Below the pieces are notes generated by a model. It made no database searches. It was not told the origin of the DNA and saw only the letters and a program-made list of their open reading frames with translations. Positions 46,029 to 57,149 of a stretch of DNA of 64,000 bases are shown here, piece by piece. Both the position numbers and the translations under genes were made by a program. Each line of letters starts with the position of its first letter. The stretch's first letter is position 1. The stretch is from an uncultured Candidatus Binatia bacterium (GTDB lineage: Bacteria > Desulfobacterota > Binatia > UBA9968 > JAJDTQ01). The stretch is from NCBI GenBank assembly GCA_965219905.1, contig CBDCOS010000008.1, positions 640,183-704,182 of the forward strand, read 5' to 3'.

Positions 46029-48239
46029 TCAACCCCCATCCCTGAGCGCGCGCCACACCCGTTCTGGAGTCAGCGGCAGGTCGCGGATTCGCACCCCGGT
46101 GGCCCGGGCGAGGGCGCTGACCACGGACGGGGCGACGGAGAAGATGCCGCCTTCGCCCATGCCGCGGCTGCCGTAGGGGCCGATGCCGTCACGGTTCTCC
46201 ACCAGGTACGTGTGGTACTCCGCCGGCAAGTCTTCGAATTTCGGAACGCGGTAGTCGACGAGGTTGGAGTTCAGCAACTGGTGGTCGTCGTGCACCATCT
46301 GCTCCATGAAGGTGTGGCCGATGCCCATCATGGCCGCCCCTTCCTCCTGCCCGATGCAGTGTTGCGGGTGGATGGCCTTTCCGACATCCGCCGCGGAAAC
46401 ATAGCTCACGAGCTTCAGCGCGCCGGTGTCGCGGTCGATGTCCAGCTCGGCGACCCCCATGCCCACCTCCCAGAGCACCGGCGTCTTCCACGCGACCATC
46501 TCGGGGCCCATGGTGCCGCGCCCGACGATCTCGCCGGCGACGGCGCCGAAGCGCCGGGCGAGCGCGTCGGTGAAGGACATCGCCTGTTCCCCGGCGACAA
46601 GCCGCCCCTCCGACAGCTCCACCTTTCCCGCCGCGACCCCGAACGCCTTCCCGGCAATCGCGCGCAACTGCCGCTTGAGGTCCCGGGCGGCGGCCTGGAC
46701 CGCCCGCCCCATGACCGTGGTGGAGCGGCTGGCCCCGGTGGAGTGGTCATAGGGCGTGACGGTGGTGTCCACGGGCACCGCCTGGACCCGGTCGCGCGGC
46801 AACGCCAGCTCCTCGGCGACGATCTGGGTGAACGTCGTCTTGACGCCTTGCCCCATCTCCGTGCTGCCGGCCAGTATCGACACGTAGCCGTCGGCGCCCA
46901 GCCGCACCAGCGCCACCGACACCGGCAATACGCCGCCGGCGTTGGTGGAGCCGCAGGCCAGGCCCAGCGGCGCCTTGCGGTCGCGGGCGCGCCGCCGCCA
47001 GCGGGACCCCGAGACGAGCCGCCGGAGACTGGAATGCAGGTTCACGTCCACGGGCCGGAGCTTCGGCTGGAGCCTCTCGCCCCTCGTGAGCAGGTTCCGG
47101 TCGCGCAGCTCCACCGGGTCCATCCCCAGCTCCGCCGCGATCTCGTCCATCTGCGACTCGCCGGCGAAGATGGTCTGGGGCGCGGCCACGGAGCGGAACG
47201 AGCCCGCGGAACCGGCGTTGGTGTGGACCGAGTAGACATCGCTCCGGAGGTGCGGGATCCGGTAGGCGCCCAGCACCCGGGTGGCGGCGAGCTGCGCCAC
47301 CATCCGAGTGTTCTCGGTGAATGCGCCGGTATCGAGGTGGATCTCCGCCTGCCGGGCCACCAGGGCGCCGTCGTTCATCACCCCGGTCTTGAGCTTCACC
47401 CCGGCGCCGTGGCGCCGCACCGTCACCATGGCCTCGGGGACCGACAGGCAAAGGCGCACCGGACGGCCCGCCTTGCGCGAGAGCAGCACCACCAGCGGCT
47501 CGAACTTGCTGTAGGACTTGCCGCCGAACCCCCCGCCCAGAAACGACACCTGCAGGCGCACCCGGGAGCGGGTCAGGCCGAAGATGCGCGCGATGTCCCC
47601 CTGCACCAGGAACGGGTGCTGCGCCGAGGACCACAGATCGATGCCGTCCGCGCCCCATCGGGCCACGGCGCCATGGGGCTCCATGCTGTAGTGGTAGACC
47701 GAGGGGAACGTGTAGCGGGCCTCGAAGATTCGGTCCGCGGCGGCGAAGCCCTCTTCCACGTCGCCCTGTTCCACCCGCTCATGGGCGCATACGTTTCCGG
47801 GGGCGTCTTCGTGGACCAGCGGCGCCCCCGGCGCCAGGGCCGCGTCCGTGCCCAGCACCGACGGCAGCTCCTCGTAGTCCACCTCGATCAGCGCCAGGGC
47901 CGCCTCGGCGGTGTGCTCGTCCTCCGCCGCCACCGCCGCCACCGGCTCGCCCACGTAGCGCGCCTTGTCCATGGCCACCACCGGGCGCCCGTTGTAGAAC
48001 GGGTCCAGGCCGCCCAGGTCGTCCGCGGTGACGACCGCGCGCACGCCGGCAAGCGCCTCCGCGCGGCTGGTGTCCATGGCCCGGATGCGCGCGTGCGGCA
48101 ACGGGCTTCGCAGGATCCGCCCCTCGAGCATCCCCGGCAGCACGATGTCGCCCGTGTACCTGGCACGCCCAGTCACCTTGTCAACGCCGTCCACCCGGGG
48201 AACATTGCGGCCCACGTGCCGGAAACTCGATTGCGGCAT
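46029..48239 (-). CDS. Second xanthine-dehydrogenase-family molybdopterin-binding large subunit (lone CoxL-like paralog, no adjacent M/S subunits)
   Basis: 736 aa. MPQSSFRHVGRNVPRVDGVDKVTGRARYTGDIVLPGMLEGRILRSPLPHARI; full MoCo-binding architecture. Confidence 0.85.
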   Translation of the reverse strand: MPQSSFRHVGRNVPRVDGVDKVTGRARYTGDIVLPGMLEGRILRSPLPHARIRAMDTSRAEALAGVRAVVTADDLGGLDPFYNGRPVVAMDKARYVGEPVAAVAAEDEHTAEAALALIEVDYEELPSVLGTDAALAPGAPLVHEDAPGNVCAHERVEQGDVEEGFAAADRIFEARYTFPSVYHYSMEPHGAVARWGADGIDLWSSAQHPFLVQGDIARIFGLTRSRVRLQVSFLGGGFGGKSYSKFEPLVVLLSRKAGRPVRLCLSVPEAMVTVRRHGAGVKLKTGVMNDGALVARQAEIHLDTGAFTENTRMVAQLAATRVLGAYRIPHLRSDVYSVHTNAGSAGSFRSVAAPQTIFAGESQMDEIAAELGMDPVELRDRNLLTRGERLQPKLRPVDVNLHSSLRRLVSGSRWRRRARDRKAPLGLACGSTNAGGVLPVSVALVRLGADGYVSILAGSTEMGQGVKTTFTQIVAEELALPRDRVQAVPVDTTVTPYDHSTGASRSTTVMGRAVQAAARDLKRQLRAIAGKAFGVAAGKVELSEGRLVAGEQAMSFTDALARRFGAVAGEIVGRGTMGPEMVAWKTPVLWEVGMGVAELDIDRDTGALKLVSYVSAADVGKAIHPQHCIGQEEGAAMMGIGHTFMEQMVHDDHQLLNSNLVDYRVPKFEDLPAEYHTYLVENRDGIGPYGSRGMGEGGIFSVAPSVVSALARATGVRIRDLPLTPERVWRALRDGG

Positions 48240-48468
48240 GGCTTCTCCTGGCTGTCTCGCACGATTGAGTGACTACGGACCGTCAACCATACCACAGTTC
48301 CGGTACACGCGGTCGCCGCCGGGGTCGGAAGCCGCATTCTTCTTGAATCGCGGATTGAGTTGCGGTAATTCGAAGTACGTCAACGGTCGTGTCCAGGTGG
48401 AGTGGTCGGCGGTGGTTGCACCTTTACCCGCGCGGTCCAAATGATCTCAAAGACGATAGGAATGCGAG

Positions 48469-49626
48469 ATGGCACAATCAACTGAATCCAGCCGGCCTCG
48501 ATGGCTCGGCATCGTGCAATTGGCCGCAATCCTCCTCGTAATCGTGATCGCCCTTTACTTCGCCCGCGCTCCCAGTCGCGTGGCCCTCGACGCCGCGCCG
48601 GACCTGACCGCGGAGAAAGGCAAGCCCACCGTCAGCGTGATCACGCCCCAGCCGGTCAAACAGGCGCTGACCGTCCGGTTGACGGGTTCCGTCCGGGTCG
48701 AAGAACGGGCGAAGGTGAGGTCCGAGGTAACCGGCCGCGTGGTGTGGATTTCGCCGAAGTTCAGCAACGGCGGATCGATACCGGCCAACGAGACGTTCAT
48801 CAGGATCGACCCCGTCGAACACGAGATCCGGGTGGAAAGGGCGGAGCTGGCGGTAAAGGCGGCGGAAGCCCGGGTGTGGGTGGAGAAGGCCGGCGGCGAA
48901 GAGGACGCGAGGGCATTCTTGCGCGAGAACCCCGGCGCCGAGGTTTCCGACTCGGTCCGCCGCCTGCCGTCGATAGCGGAAGCGGAAGCCGAGTTGGCGC
49001 AGGCCCACGCGGTGCTGAAGCTCGCGAAGCTGCGGCTGGAACAGACGAACATCTCCCTGCCGTACGACAGCCGCGTGCTGGCAACCGAGCTGGAGGTGGG
49101 CGAGTTCGTGGGGCCCGCCAGATCGGTGGTGGGGCCCGCGGCGAACCTGGGCACCGTGTATCGGACCGACGGGATCCGGGTGAGAGTGCCGGTGGACCCG
49201 AAGGACCTGGCGTACCTCTCCCCGGTGATCGGGCGTTCCGCCCGCGTCCTGACCCGGTTGGGGGCGTACGACGCGAAGGTGGTGGGTGTGTCGGCGGCCG
49301 TGGCCCCGAGCACGCGTCTCGCCGGGTTGTTCCTCAAGTTCCCGGACGACGTGCCCAGGCAGGCACTGCCGCTGCCGGGCATGTTCGCGGAAGTCCGGAT
49401 CGAGGGGCCGTCCTATGAAAACGTCTACGTGCTGCCGGAATCCGCTCTTCAGGAAGGCGGCAGCGTCTGGGTGGTCGACAAGGGCGCGCTGAAGTCGGTC
49501 GTGCCCAGGAACCTGGGGCGAACGGACACGGGCTGGATCGTGGAGGCGTTCGACGCGGGCGAAGGCGTGGTCGTGGGCGCACCGCCGGGAGCCCGAAAGG
49601 GTCTGGCGGTGGCGGTGGCGAAGTAA
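48469..49626 (+). CDS. Efflux RND transporter periplasmic adaptor subunit (membrane fusion protein)
   Basis: 385 aa with an N-terminal TM anchor, a coiled-coil hairpin and a beta-barrel, with an HlyD_D23-like pattern. Immediately upstream of the RND permease. Confidence 0.85.
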   Translation: MAQSTESSRPRWLGIVQLAAILLVIVIALYFARAPSRVALDAAPDLTAEKGKPTVSVITPQPVKQALTVRLTGSVRVEERAKVRSEVTGRVVWISPKFSNGGSIPANETFIRIDPVEHEIRVERAELAVKAAEARVWVEKAGGEEDARAFLRENPGAEVSDSVRRLPSIAEAEAELAQAHAVLKLAKLRLEQTNISLPYDSRVLATELEVGEFVGPARSVVGPAANLGTVYRTDGIRVRVPVDPKDLAYLSPVIGRSARVLTRLGAYDAKVVGVSAAVAPSTRLAGLFLKFPDDVPRQALPLPGMFAEVRIEGPSYENVYVLPESALQEGGSVWVVDKGALKSVVPRNLGRTDTGWIVEAFDAGEGVVVGAPPGARKGLAVAVAK

Positions 49627-49638
49627 CGGAGTCCGGTC

Positions 49639-52600
49639 ATGAGCACCAACGACGCTGGAGCCGGGGCTGCCGAAAGAGGACCGATCGCCTGGTTCGCCCG
49701 CAATCCGGTCGCCGCCAACCTGCTGCTGCTGTTCCTGATCATCGGCGGCATCATCGCCGGACGGCATCTCGCCGTCCAGCTCTATCCCTACTTCGATCTC
49801 CGGGCGATTACCGTGACCGTGCCCGCGCCGGGTTCGTCGGCCAAGGAGGTGGAGGAAGACATAAACCGCCGCATCGAGGAGGCCATCGTCGGGCTGAGAG
49901 GGGTGGAAAGGGTCGTGGGTACGGCCACCCAGGGGCGCGGCCGGCTCCGGGTCGAGCTGGCAACCTTTGCCGATCCCGACACCGTCCTGAACGATGTCCA
50001 GAACGCCGTGGACGGCATCGAGAACTTCCCGCCGCTGAACGCCGAAAGACCGGAGGTCGAGCTCCACCGAATCGCCATCGAGGTCCTGACGCTGGCGGTG
50101 TCGTCTTCCCGCGCCTCGGAGAACGAGTTGCGCCTCGCCGCCGAGAACGTGCGCGACGAGCTGCTGGCGCTGCCGGCGGTTTCACAGGTGACGCTGCTGG
50201 GCACCCGCGACCGGGAGATCACCATCGAGCTGAGCGAGGAAGAGCTGCGGCGGCACAATCTCTCCATTGCCCAGATCTCCCGCATCGTGCGACGGGCCTC
50301 GCTCAACCTCACTTTCGGTGAGCTGCGAACCGAGGGCGGCGGCGTCATCCTGCACACCGTCACCAAGCGGCGCACCGGCGACGAGTTCAGGGACATCCCC
50401 CTGATCACGCGCCTCAGCGGCGCCATCGTCACCCTCGGCGACGTCGCCACCATCCGCGACGGGTTCGTCGACGAGGACATCGTCTCCGAGGTCAACGGCC
50501 GGTCCACCGTGTTCGTCCGGGTCAACGCCGTGGAACAGGAGTCGGTGGTCGAGATCGGCGAAGAGATCAGGAGGTGGCTCGCCGGCCGCAAGGCTCCCGG
50601 GAACGTCACGGTCAGCATCTGGAACGACCGGGCGGCCCCCGCCCTGGACCGGCTGCAGGAGATCATCCGCAACGGCATCCTCGGCGCGTTGCTGGTTTTC
50701 CTGACCCTGGTCCTGGTGTTCGACCTGCGCGTCGCCACCTGGATCACCATAGGCATCCCCTTGTCCTTCATCGGCTCGCTGATCTTCTTCGGCGCCGCCG
50801 ACCTGACCCTGAACATCGGCACGATCTTCGCCTTCTTCCTGCTTATCGGCATCGTCGTGGACGACTCGGTGGTGGTCGGAGAGAGCATCGCGGCCGAACG
50901 CGAGAGCGGGAAGAGCGCGGCGGACGCGGCCATCTCGGGCGCCAGGGCGATGGTGGGTCCGATAACGGTGGGGGCGGCCACCACCCTGCTGGCCTTCGTG
51001 CCGCTTCTCTTCGTCACCTCGGGCGCCTACCAGCTCACCACCGTCTTTCCCTACGTGGCGCTCTTCGTCCTCCTGGTCTCGCTTGTCGAGTCCTTCTTCG
51101 TCCTGCCCGCGCACCTGTCCCACGACCGCCCGTGGAGCCTGCCGCCGTTGAGCAACATCCAAGGCCGCGTGGACGGACTGATCGACCGGACCCGGGACTA
51201 CGTCGTGGCCCCGTCGGTGGCGCGGGCCGTGCAACATCCCTGGCTCACCCTGGCGATCGGAGCGGCCGTCGTGCTCATCGGGGTGCTGCTCCTGCGGTCC
51301 GACAACGTCCGGGTGGTCATCATCGACCAGGACGCGCTCGCCTCCGACAGCATTCAGGCGGACCTGCATCTGCCCCCGGGGACGCCGTTCGAACAGACTC
51401 TCACCGCGGCCGGGCGTTTCGCGGACGCCGCCCGCTCCATCAACGACCAGCTCGATGGAACGTCGGTGAAAACCATCGCTATCATCGCCGGTAATCAGTC
51501 AGCCGTCCGGACGACCGACCTCCGGGCCAACCGCAGCAACGTGGCCTCGGTGCGGATTCATCTCAACCCGCGCCCGGTGCGCACCGCATCGTCCCGGGAC
51601 ATCGAGCGGGTCTGGCGCCGGAACGTCGGCGAGACGTCGGAACTGGAGAAAGTCGAATTCCATGGCGCGCGGGTAAAAGCCAAGCCGCCTGTTTCGTATG
51701 CGCTGAAGCACTCCGACGCGGCCGTGCTGAAAAACGCCGCCACGGAGCTGAAAGCCTCCCTGGGGACCGTGCCGGGGGTCTTCGGCATCTCCGACAGCCT
51801 GTCCGCCGGCAAGCGGCACTTCGAGATCCAGCTCACGCGGGCCGGAAAGGCGGCGGGATTGACGCCGGCGGGCATCGGCGCCCAGTTGCGCGCCAGCTTC
51901 CACGGCGTGGAAGTGCAGCGGATCCAGCGCGGGCGGGAGGAAGTCAAGGTCGTGGTCCGGTACCCGGCCGAGCGGCGGCAAAGCCTGGGAGAGCTGTCCA
52001 GCGAACGGATCCGCCGGCCCACGGGCAAGAACGGGCGACGGGGCCGGGACCGTGGCGCGCCCGGCGGCGGTGAGGTGCCGCTGTCCACGGTGGCGAGGCT
52101 CACCGAGAAACGCGAGTTGACCACGCTGACGCGTATCGACGGCAAGCAGGCCGCGTTCGTCGAAGCGCGTACCGACGCCGTCTTGACGACCCCCCGCCAG
52201 GCCAGGCGGGAGGTCGGGGAAAGGATCATCCCCGGCCTGCTCGCCAAGTACCCCCGCCTCAAGATCGAACCCGACGGGGCCGCCCGGGACGAGAAGGAGA
52301 TGTTGGGCACGCTGGGGCTGCTGGTCCCCATCGTGCTGCTGGCAATGTACGCGCTGATGGCCGCGTTCCTGCGCAGCTACTGGAAGCCCCTGGTGGCGGT
52401 GGTGGGGATCCCCATCTCCTTCGCCGGAGCGGTGCTGGCCCACTGGATACTCGGGTGGGACTTCGCGGCCATGTCGCTGTTCGGGATCGTCGCGGTGGGC
52501 GGGATCATCGTGAACGACGCGCTGGTGCTGCTGGACCGTTACAACGGGCTGCGCAAGGCAAACGACATGATGCCGGCCATCGCGGCGGCGTCCGCGGCGA

Positions 52601-52803
52601 CCCGCCACCGCTTCCGAGCGGTGTTGCTGACCAGCCTGACCACGGTGGTGGGGTTGTCACCGCTGCTCTACGAACGCAGCGACGAGCTGATCTTCCTGGT
52701 GCCTTTCGTGGTCAGCATGCTCGGCGGCCTCGTGTTGTCGACGATATTCATCCTGTTCCTCCTGCCGGCCCTGGTGATGATCGTTGACGGCCGCTACGAA
52801 TAG
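49639..52803 (+). CDS. Efflux RND transporter permease (AcrB/AcrD/AcrF family)
   Basis: 1054 aa with 12 TM helices in 2x(1+5) arrangement and two large periplasmic loops. Confidence 0.9.
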   Translation: MSTNDAGAGAAERGPIAWFARNPVAANLLLLFLIIGGIIAGRHLAVQLYPYFDLRAITVTVPAPGSSAKEVEEDINRRIEEAIVGLRGVERVVGTATQGRGRLRVELATFADPDTVLNDVQNAVDGIENFPPLNAERPEVELHRIAIEVLTLAVSSSRASENELRLAAENVRDELLALPAVSQVTLLGTRDREITIELSEEELRRHNLSIAQISRIVRRASLNLTFGELRTEGGGVILHTVTKRRTGDEFRDIPLITRLSGAIVTLGDVATIRDGFVDEDIVSEVNGRSTVFVRVNAVEQESVVEIGEEIRRWLAGRKAPGNVTVSIWNDRAAPALDRLQEIIRNGILGALLVFLTLVLVFDLRVATWITIGIPLSFIGSLIFFGAADLTLNIGTIFAFFLLIGIVVDDSVVVGESIAAERESGKSAADAAISGARAMVGPITVGAATTLLAFVPLLFVTSGAYQLTTVFPYVALFVLLVSLVESFFVLPAHLSHDRPWSLPPLSNIQGRVDGLIDRTRDYVVAPSVARAVQHPWLTLAIGAAVVLIGVLLLRSDNVRVVIIDQDALASDSIQADLHLPPGTPFEQTLTAAGRFADAARSINDQLDGTSVKTIAIIAGNQSAVRTTDLRANRSNVASVRIHLNPRPVRTASSRDIERVWRRNVGETSELEKVEFHGARVKAKPPVSYALKHSDAAVLKNAATELKASLGTVPGVFGISDSLSAGKRHFEIQLTRAGKAAGLTPAGIGAQLRASFHGVEVQRIQRGREEVKVVVRYPAERRQSLGELSSERIRRPTGKNGRRGRDRGAPGGGEVPLSTVARLTEKRELTTLTRIDGKQAAFVEARTDAVLTTPRQARREVGERIIPGLLAKYPRLKIEPDGAARDEKEMLGTLGLLVPIVLLAMYALMAAFLRSYWKPLVAVVGIPISFAGAVLAHWILGWDFAAMSLFGIVAVGGIIVNDALVLLDRYNGLRKANDMMPAIAAASAATRHRFRAVLLTSLTTVVGLSPLLYERSDELIFLVPFVVSMLGGLVLSTIFILFLLPALVMIVDGRYE

Positions 52804-52830
52804 CTCGATCCTTCGGGTAAGCTTCCCGTC

Positions 52831-53739
52831 ATGCCTTCCCTGACGCCGGTCCGGCTCATCCAGTTCCGCGCCGCCTACAACCTGCCGGTGCATGCGGCCA
52901 TGGAGAACGGCGCGTTCGCCGCCGCGGGCCTGGCGGTGGAGGCCGAGTACACGCCGGGCTCGGCGTTTCTCATGGAGGCGGTGCGCACCGGGCGCTGCAC
53001 CATCGGCCACGCGGCCGTGGACGACGTGGTCTGCGACGTGGAGAACCAGCCCGGCTCGGACCTGTTCGCGTTCATGGGGCTCCACAGCGGCCTGTTGAGC
53101 CTCGTCGGCGCGCCGGGGTGTCCCACCATGGAGTCGTTGCGCGGCAAGCCGCTGGCGGTGGACGCACGCGACAGCGGCTTCGTCTTCATCCTCGAGAAAG
53201 CCCTGCGCGACCACGGCTTCGGCCCCGACGACTGCGATCTCGTGGAGGTGGGCGGCTGGGAGAGCCGCTACCAGACGCTCATCGAGGGCAAGCTCTTCGC
53301 CACGCTGCTCACCCCGCCCTTTGTCGGAGCCGCCCTGGAACGGGGCTGCCACGTCATCGCCCGCGGCGAGGAGATGGCGCCGGTCTACCAGGCGACCGTG
53401 GGCTTGGCCGGGCGCTCCTGGGCGGAAGCGAACCGGACGCACCTGGTCGACTACATCCGCTGCTACGTGGCCGCCACCGAGTGGTGCTTCGCACCCGAAA
53501 ACCGCCCCCACTGCCTCGACATCCTGGAGCGGCACAACGGCCTCACCGGCTCCGCCGCCGAAGAGACCCTGGACGCGCTGCTGCACCCCGAACACGGCCT
53601 CTACCCCAGGGCCGCCCTGAACGTCCCCGGCATCGCCGGCGCCCTCGATCTCCGGGCCGGCATGAGCTACATCGCCTCCCCCCCGCCCCCGCCGGAGAAG
53701 TATATCGACGATTCCTACTACAACGCCGCCGTCCGCTGA
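52831..53739 (+). CDS. NMT1/THI5-like (SsuA/TauA/ThiY-type) substrate-binding-fold protein, no obvious signal peptide
   Basis: 302 aa with type II periplasmic-binding-protein-fold blocks. The N-terminus MPSLTPVRLIQFRAAYNLPVHAAMENG lacks a hydrophobic signal segment. Confidence 0.6.
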   Translation: MPSLTPVRLIQFRAAYNLPVHAAMENGAFAAAGLAVEAEYTPGSAFLMEAVRTGRCTIGHAAVDDVVCDVENQPGSDLFAFMGLHSGLLSLVGAPGCPTMESLRGKPLAVDARDSGFVFILEKALRDHGFGPDDCDLVEVGGWESRYQTLIEGKLFATLLTPPFVGAALERGCHVIARGEEMAPVYQATVGLAGRSWAEANRTHLVDYIRCYVAATEWCFAPENRPHCLDILERHNGLTGSAAEETLDALLHPEHGLYPRAALNVPGIAGALDLRAGMSYIASPPPPPEKYIDDSYYNAAVR

Positions 53740-53777
53740 CCCGACCCCCAAAGCCCGCCCTCATCCTCTCCCCGCAC

Positions 53778-53843
53778 CCGTCATTCCCGCCTCCCCTCCC
53801 GTCATTCCCGCCTCCCTCCCGTCATTCCCGCGGAAGCGGGAAT
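53778..53843. repeat. Palindromic repeat family: two degenerate units plus the left 25 bp of a full element cut by the IS3 insertion
   Basis: ccgtcattcccgcctcccctcccgtcattcccgcctccctcccgtcattcccgcggaagcgggaat | IS. Confidence 0.8.
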
Positions 53844-53882
53844 TGAACCGCTCCGGGTTTACCGGAGACGGAATAGAGTGAG

Positions 53883-55108
<1,226 letters not shown>

Positions 55109-55158
55109 GACCCCATCCTCTCAAAGAGTTGGGTCTCCGGTAAACCCGGGGCGGTTCA

Positions 55159-55280
55159 GAATCCAGAGGCGGTGGTGTGGCGGCTCAATTACCCCGGCCC
55201 CACTCAGCCTGGATTCCCGCTTGCGCGGGAATGACGGAGGATGCGCGATCAGGGGCGGCAATCCAGGGGCGGCGGAGGGG
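55159..55280. repeat. Palindromic repeat family: right ~79 bp of the element split by the IS3 (55159-55237), plus an extra partial unit
   Basis: gaatccagaggcgg...cctggattcccgcttgcgcgggaatgacgg then ...caggggcggcaatccaggggcgg. Confidence 0.8.
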
Positions 55281-55385
55281 CAAAACGCGGGTCCGTACAA
55301 AATGGGCGACATTTCACGGTGTTAGCCGGTGCCCACTTCGCGTCGGCGCGACAGAGTCAGCCTTGCGGCGTCCTTTGACTTTCTC

Positions 55386-55582
55386 GTGTTGACATGTATG
55401 GTGATTCTTGAAGCACCGTTCGGATGCACGTCACCAATGTCGGTACAGGCCGGGAAGCGCACCGCATACATCAAGGTAACCCGTGTTGACATGTATGGTG
55501 ATTTTTTGAAGCCCCGTTCAGGAGGAGGGCACCAATGTCGGCACCGGCCGGGAAGCGCACCGCATACGTCAAGGTAACGCTC
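55386..55582 (+). repeat. Tandem direct duplication (97 bp + ~100 bp, ~85% identical) of the integrase promoter / 5' coding region
   Basis: Copy 1 is gtgttgacatgtatggtgattcttgaagcaccgttcggatgcacgtcaccaatgtcggtacaggccgggaagcgcaccgcatacatcaaggtaacccg. Copy 2 is gtgttgacatgtatggtgattttttgaagccccgttcaggaggagggcaccaATGtcggcaccggccgggaagcgcaccgcatacgtcaaggtaacgctc. Only copy 2 keeps the AGGAGG RBS. Confidence 0.8.
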
Positions 55583-56917
55583 AACAAGCGCAACGTCGAG
55601 TCCCTCAAATCCGCGGAGAAACCCTTCATCGCGTGGGACGACAAATTGACCGGTTTCGGCCTTCGAGTCCAGCCTACCGGCGTTCGCTCCTATATCGTCA
55701 ACTACCGTGTCGGCGCCGGCGGGCGAAAGGCCGCCAACCGGCGCCTGGTCATAGGACGCCACGGACGTGTGACCGCCGACCAGGCGCGGCGCCTCGCCCA
55801 GGAGACGCTGGGGCGCGTTGCCGCCGGTGACGATCCCGCAACGGAGCGTAGCCATAGCAGAACTGTTCCCACCTTGCGCGAGGCCTTCGAGGAGTACCTC
55901 GCCGCCGGGCCGAAGCGCAAGGAGAGTACTGTCGCCGTTTACCGCCGCATCGTTTACTACAATCTTGGCGCGTGGGTCGACCGCACGCTGGACAGCATTG
56001 ACCGGCGCGACGTGGAGAAGTGCTTCCTCCGGCTCACGAGCGAATCCGGATGGGTGCAGGCCAACAGCGCCATGAAGATGCTGCGTGTGCTCTACCGCCG
56101 CCATTGCATCGACTTCCAGGGGCTGCACAACCCGGTCGACCAGTGGCGCGCGGCCGGCGGGCGGCCCCACCGCCCGCGGCGGCGCACGATCCAGCCCCCG
56201 GCCGAGGTGCTGCCGCGCTGGTACCGGGGCATCGAGACCGCGGTGCCCAACCCGGTCGCACGCGATGCCTTCCGTTTCGGCCTTTACACCGGCATGCGGC
56301 GAGCCGAGGTCTTCGGCCTGGAATGGGCCCGCATCGACCTGGACGGGATGACTTTCCGGGTCGAGGACACCAAGACCGGCGAGCCGTTGGAACTCCCCGT
56401 CACCCGCCAACTCACCGCCATCCTTCAGCACCGTTTCGCCGAGCGCGAGCGTTTTCCCGAGCATAGCCGGAGTTGGGTGTTCCCGTCCGAAACTGCCGGG
56501 TCGGGACACATCAACAGCGGAACGCAGTACCTGAATGCGCGGATCAGCGAGGCGGGCGGGGCGAAGTTCTGGTTCCATGCGTTGCGCAACTGCTTCATCA
56601 CCGTCGCCAACCGCGACCTGATGCTGCCGGTGAGCCTGACCAAGCGGCTGGTCAACCATGCGAGGTCTCATGACGTGACCGAAGGCTACGCCGCCGACTG
56701 GACGACGGAGCAGCTTCGCGACGCCGCCCAACGCATCGCCGATCGTATCGACGAGTTGATTCGCGCGGGCGTCCCGACGCGGGAGGCTGGTTCGCGGGCT
56801 GAGAACGTCGTACCCGGGTATGGCGACCTTGCCGTCGGAAGCACCGCAGGACTGGCCCAAGTTTCAGTGCGCGAACCCTCTCGCTCATCGCCCGGTTCCC
56901 CGACCGGCCCCCTCTAG
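55535..56917 (+). CDS. int: Tyrosine-type site-specific recombinase / phage P4-like integrase (N-terminal DUF4102 arm-binding domain)
   Basis: 460 aa. The N-terminus LTGFGLRVQPTGVRSYIVNYRVGAGGRKAANRRLVIGRHGRVTADQARRLAQE is the P4-type integrase arm-binding domain. The C-terminal catalytic region has FHALRNCFIT (active-site R) and LVNHARSHDVTEGY (H and catalytic Y). Confidence 0.85.
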   Translation: MSAPAGKRTAYVKVTLNKRNVESLKSAEKPFIAWDDKLTGFGLRVQPTGVRSYIVNYRVGAGGRKAANRRLVIGRHGRVTADQARRLAQETLGRVAAGDDPATERSHSRTVPTLREAFEEYLAAGPKRKESTVAVYRRIVYYNLGAWVDRTLDSIDRRDVEKCFLRLTSESGWVQANSAMKMLRVLYRRHCIDFQGLHNPVDQWRAAGGRPHRPRRRTIQPPAEVLPRWYRGIETAVPNPVARDAFRFGLYTGMRRAEVFGLEWARIDLDGMTFRVEDTKTGEPLELPVTRQLTAILQHRFAERERFPEHSRSWVFPSETAGSGHINSGTQYLNARISEAGGAKFWFHALRNCFITVANRDLMLPVSLTKRLVNHARSHDVTEGYAADWTTEQLRDAAQRIADRIDELIRAGVPTREAGSRAENVVPGYGDLAVGSTAGLAQVSVREPSRSSPGSPTGPL

Positions 56918-57046
56918 AAGTCTTCGATCGCCCAGGGCGGCCTGATCGTCGCGCCCCTCAAATTTCTCTAACCACACGCATCCCTCCAAAGGCACCGAGG
57001 TTCGCGGCTCCGCGCCGTGAAGCCACGCGTCTGCGCCCTGTTTGGT

Positions 57047-57149
57047 GTTGACAAGGTGTTTACTTATCTTTAATTTTATATTGGAATGCTTATCTAAGAA
57101 GGTAATTTCATTAAGAAAATTTATGAAAAGTATATTGTTTTAACATAAA
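57047..57149 (+). promoter_or_regulatory. Sharply AT-rich (~25% GC) ~100-bp island upstream of lipoprotein gene 1, containing TTGACA and several TATA-like hexamers: likely promoter / nucleoid-protein-binding region
   Basis: ttgacaaggtgtttacttatctttaattttatattggaatgcttatctaagaaggtaatttcattaagaaaatttatgaaaagtatattgttttaacataaa, which contrasts with ~68% GC on both sides. Confidence 0.4.
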
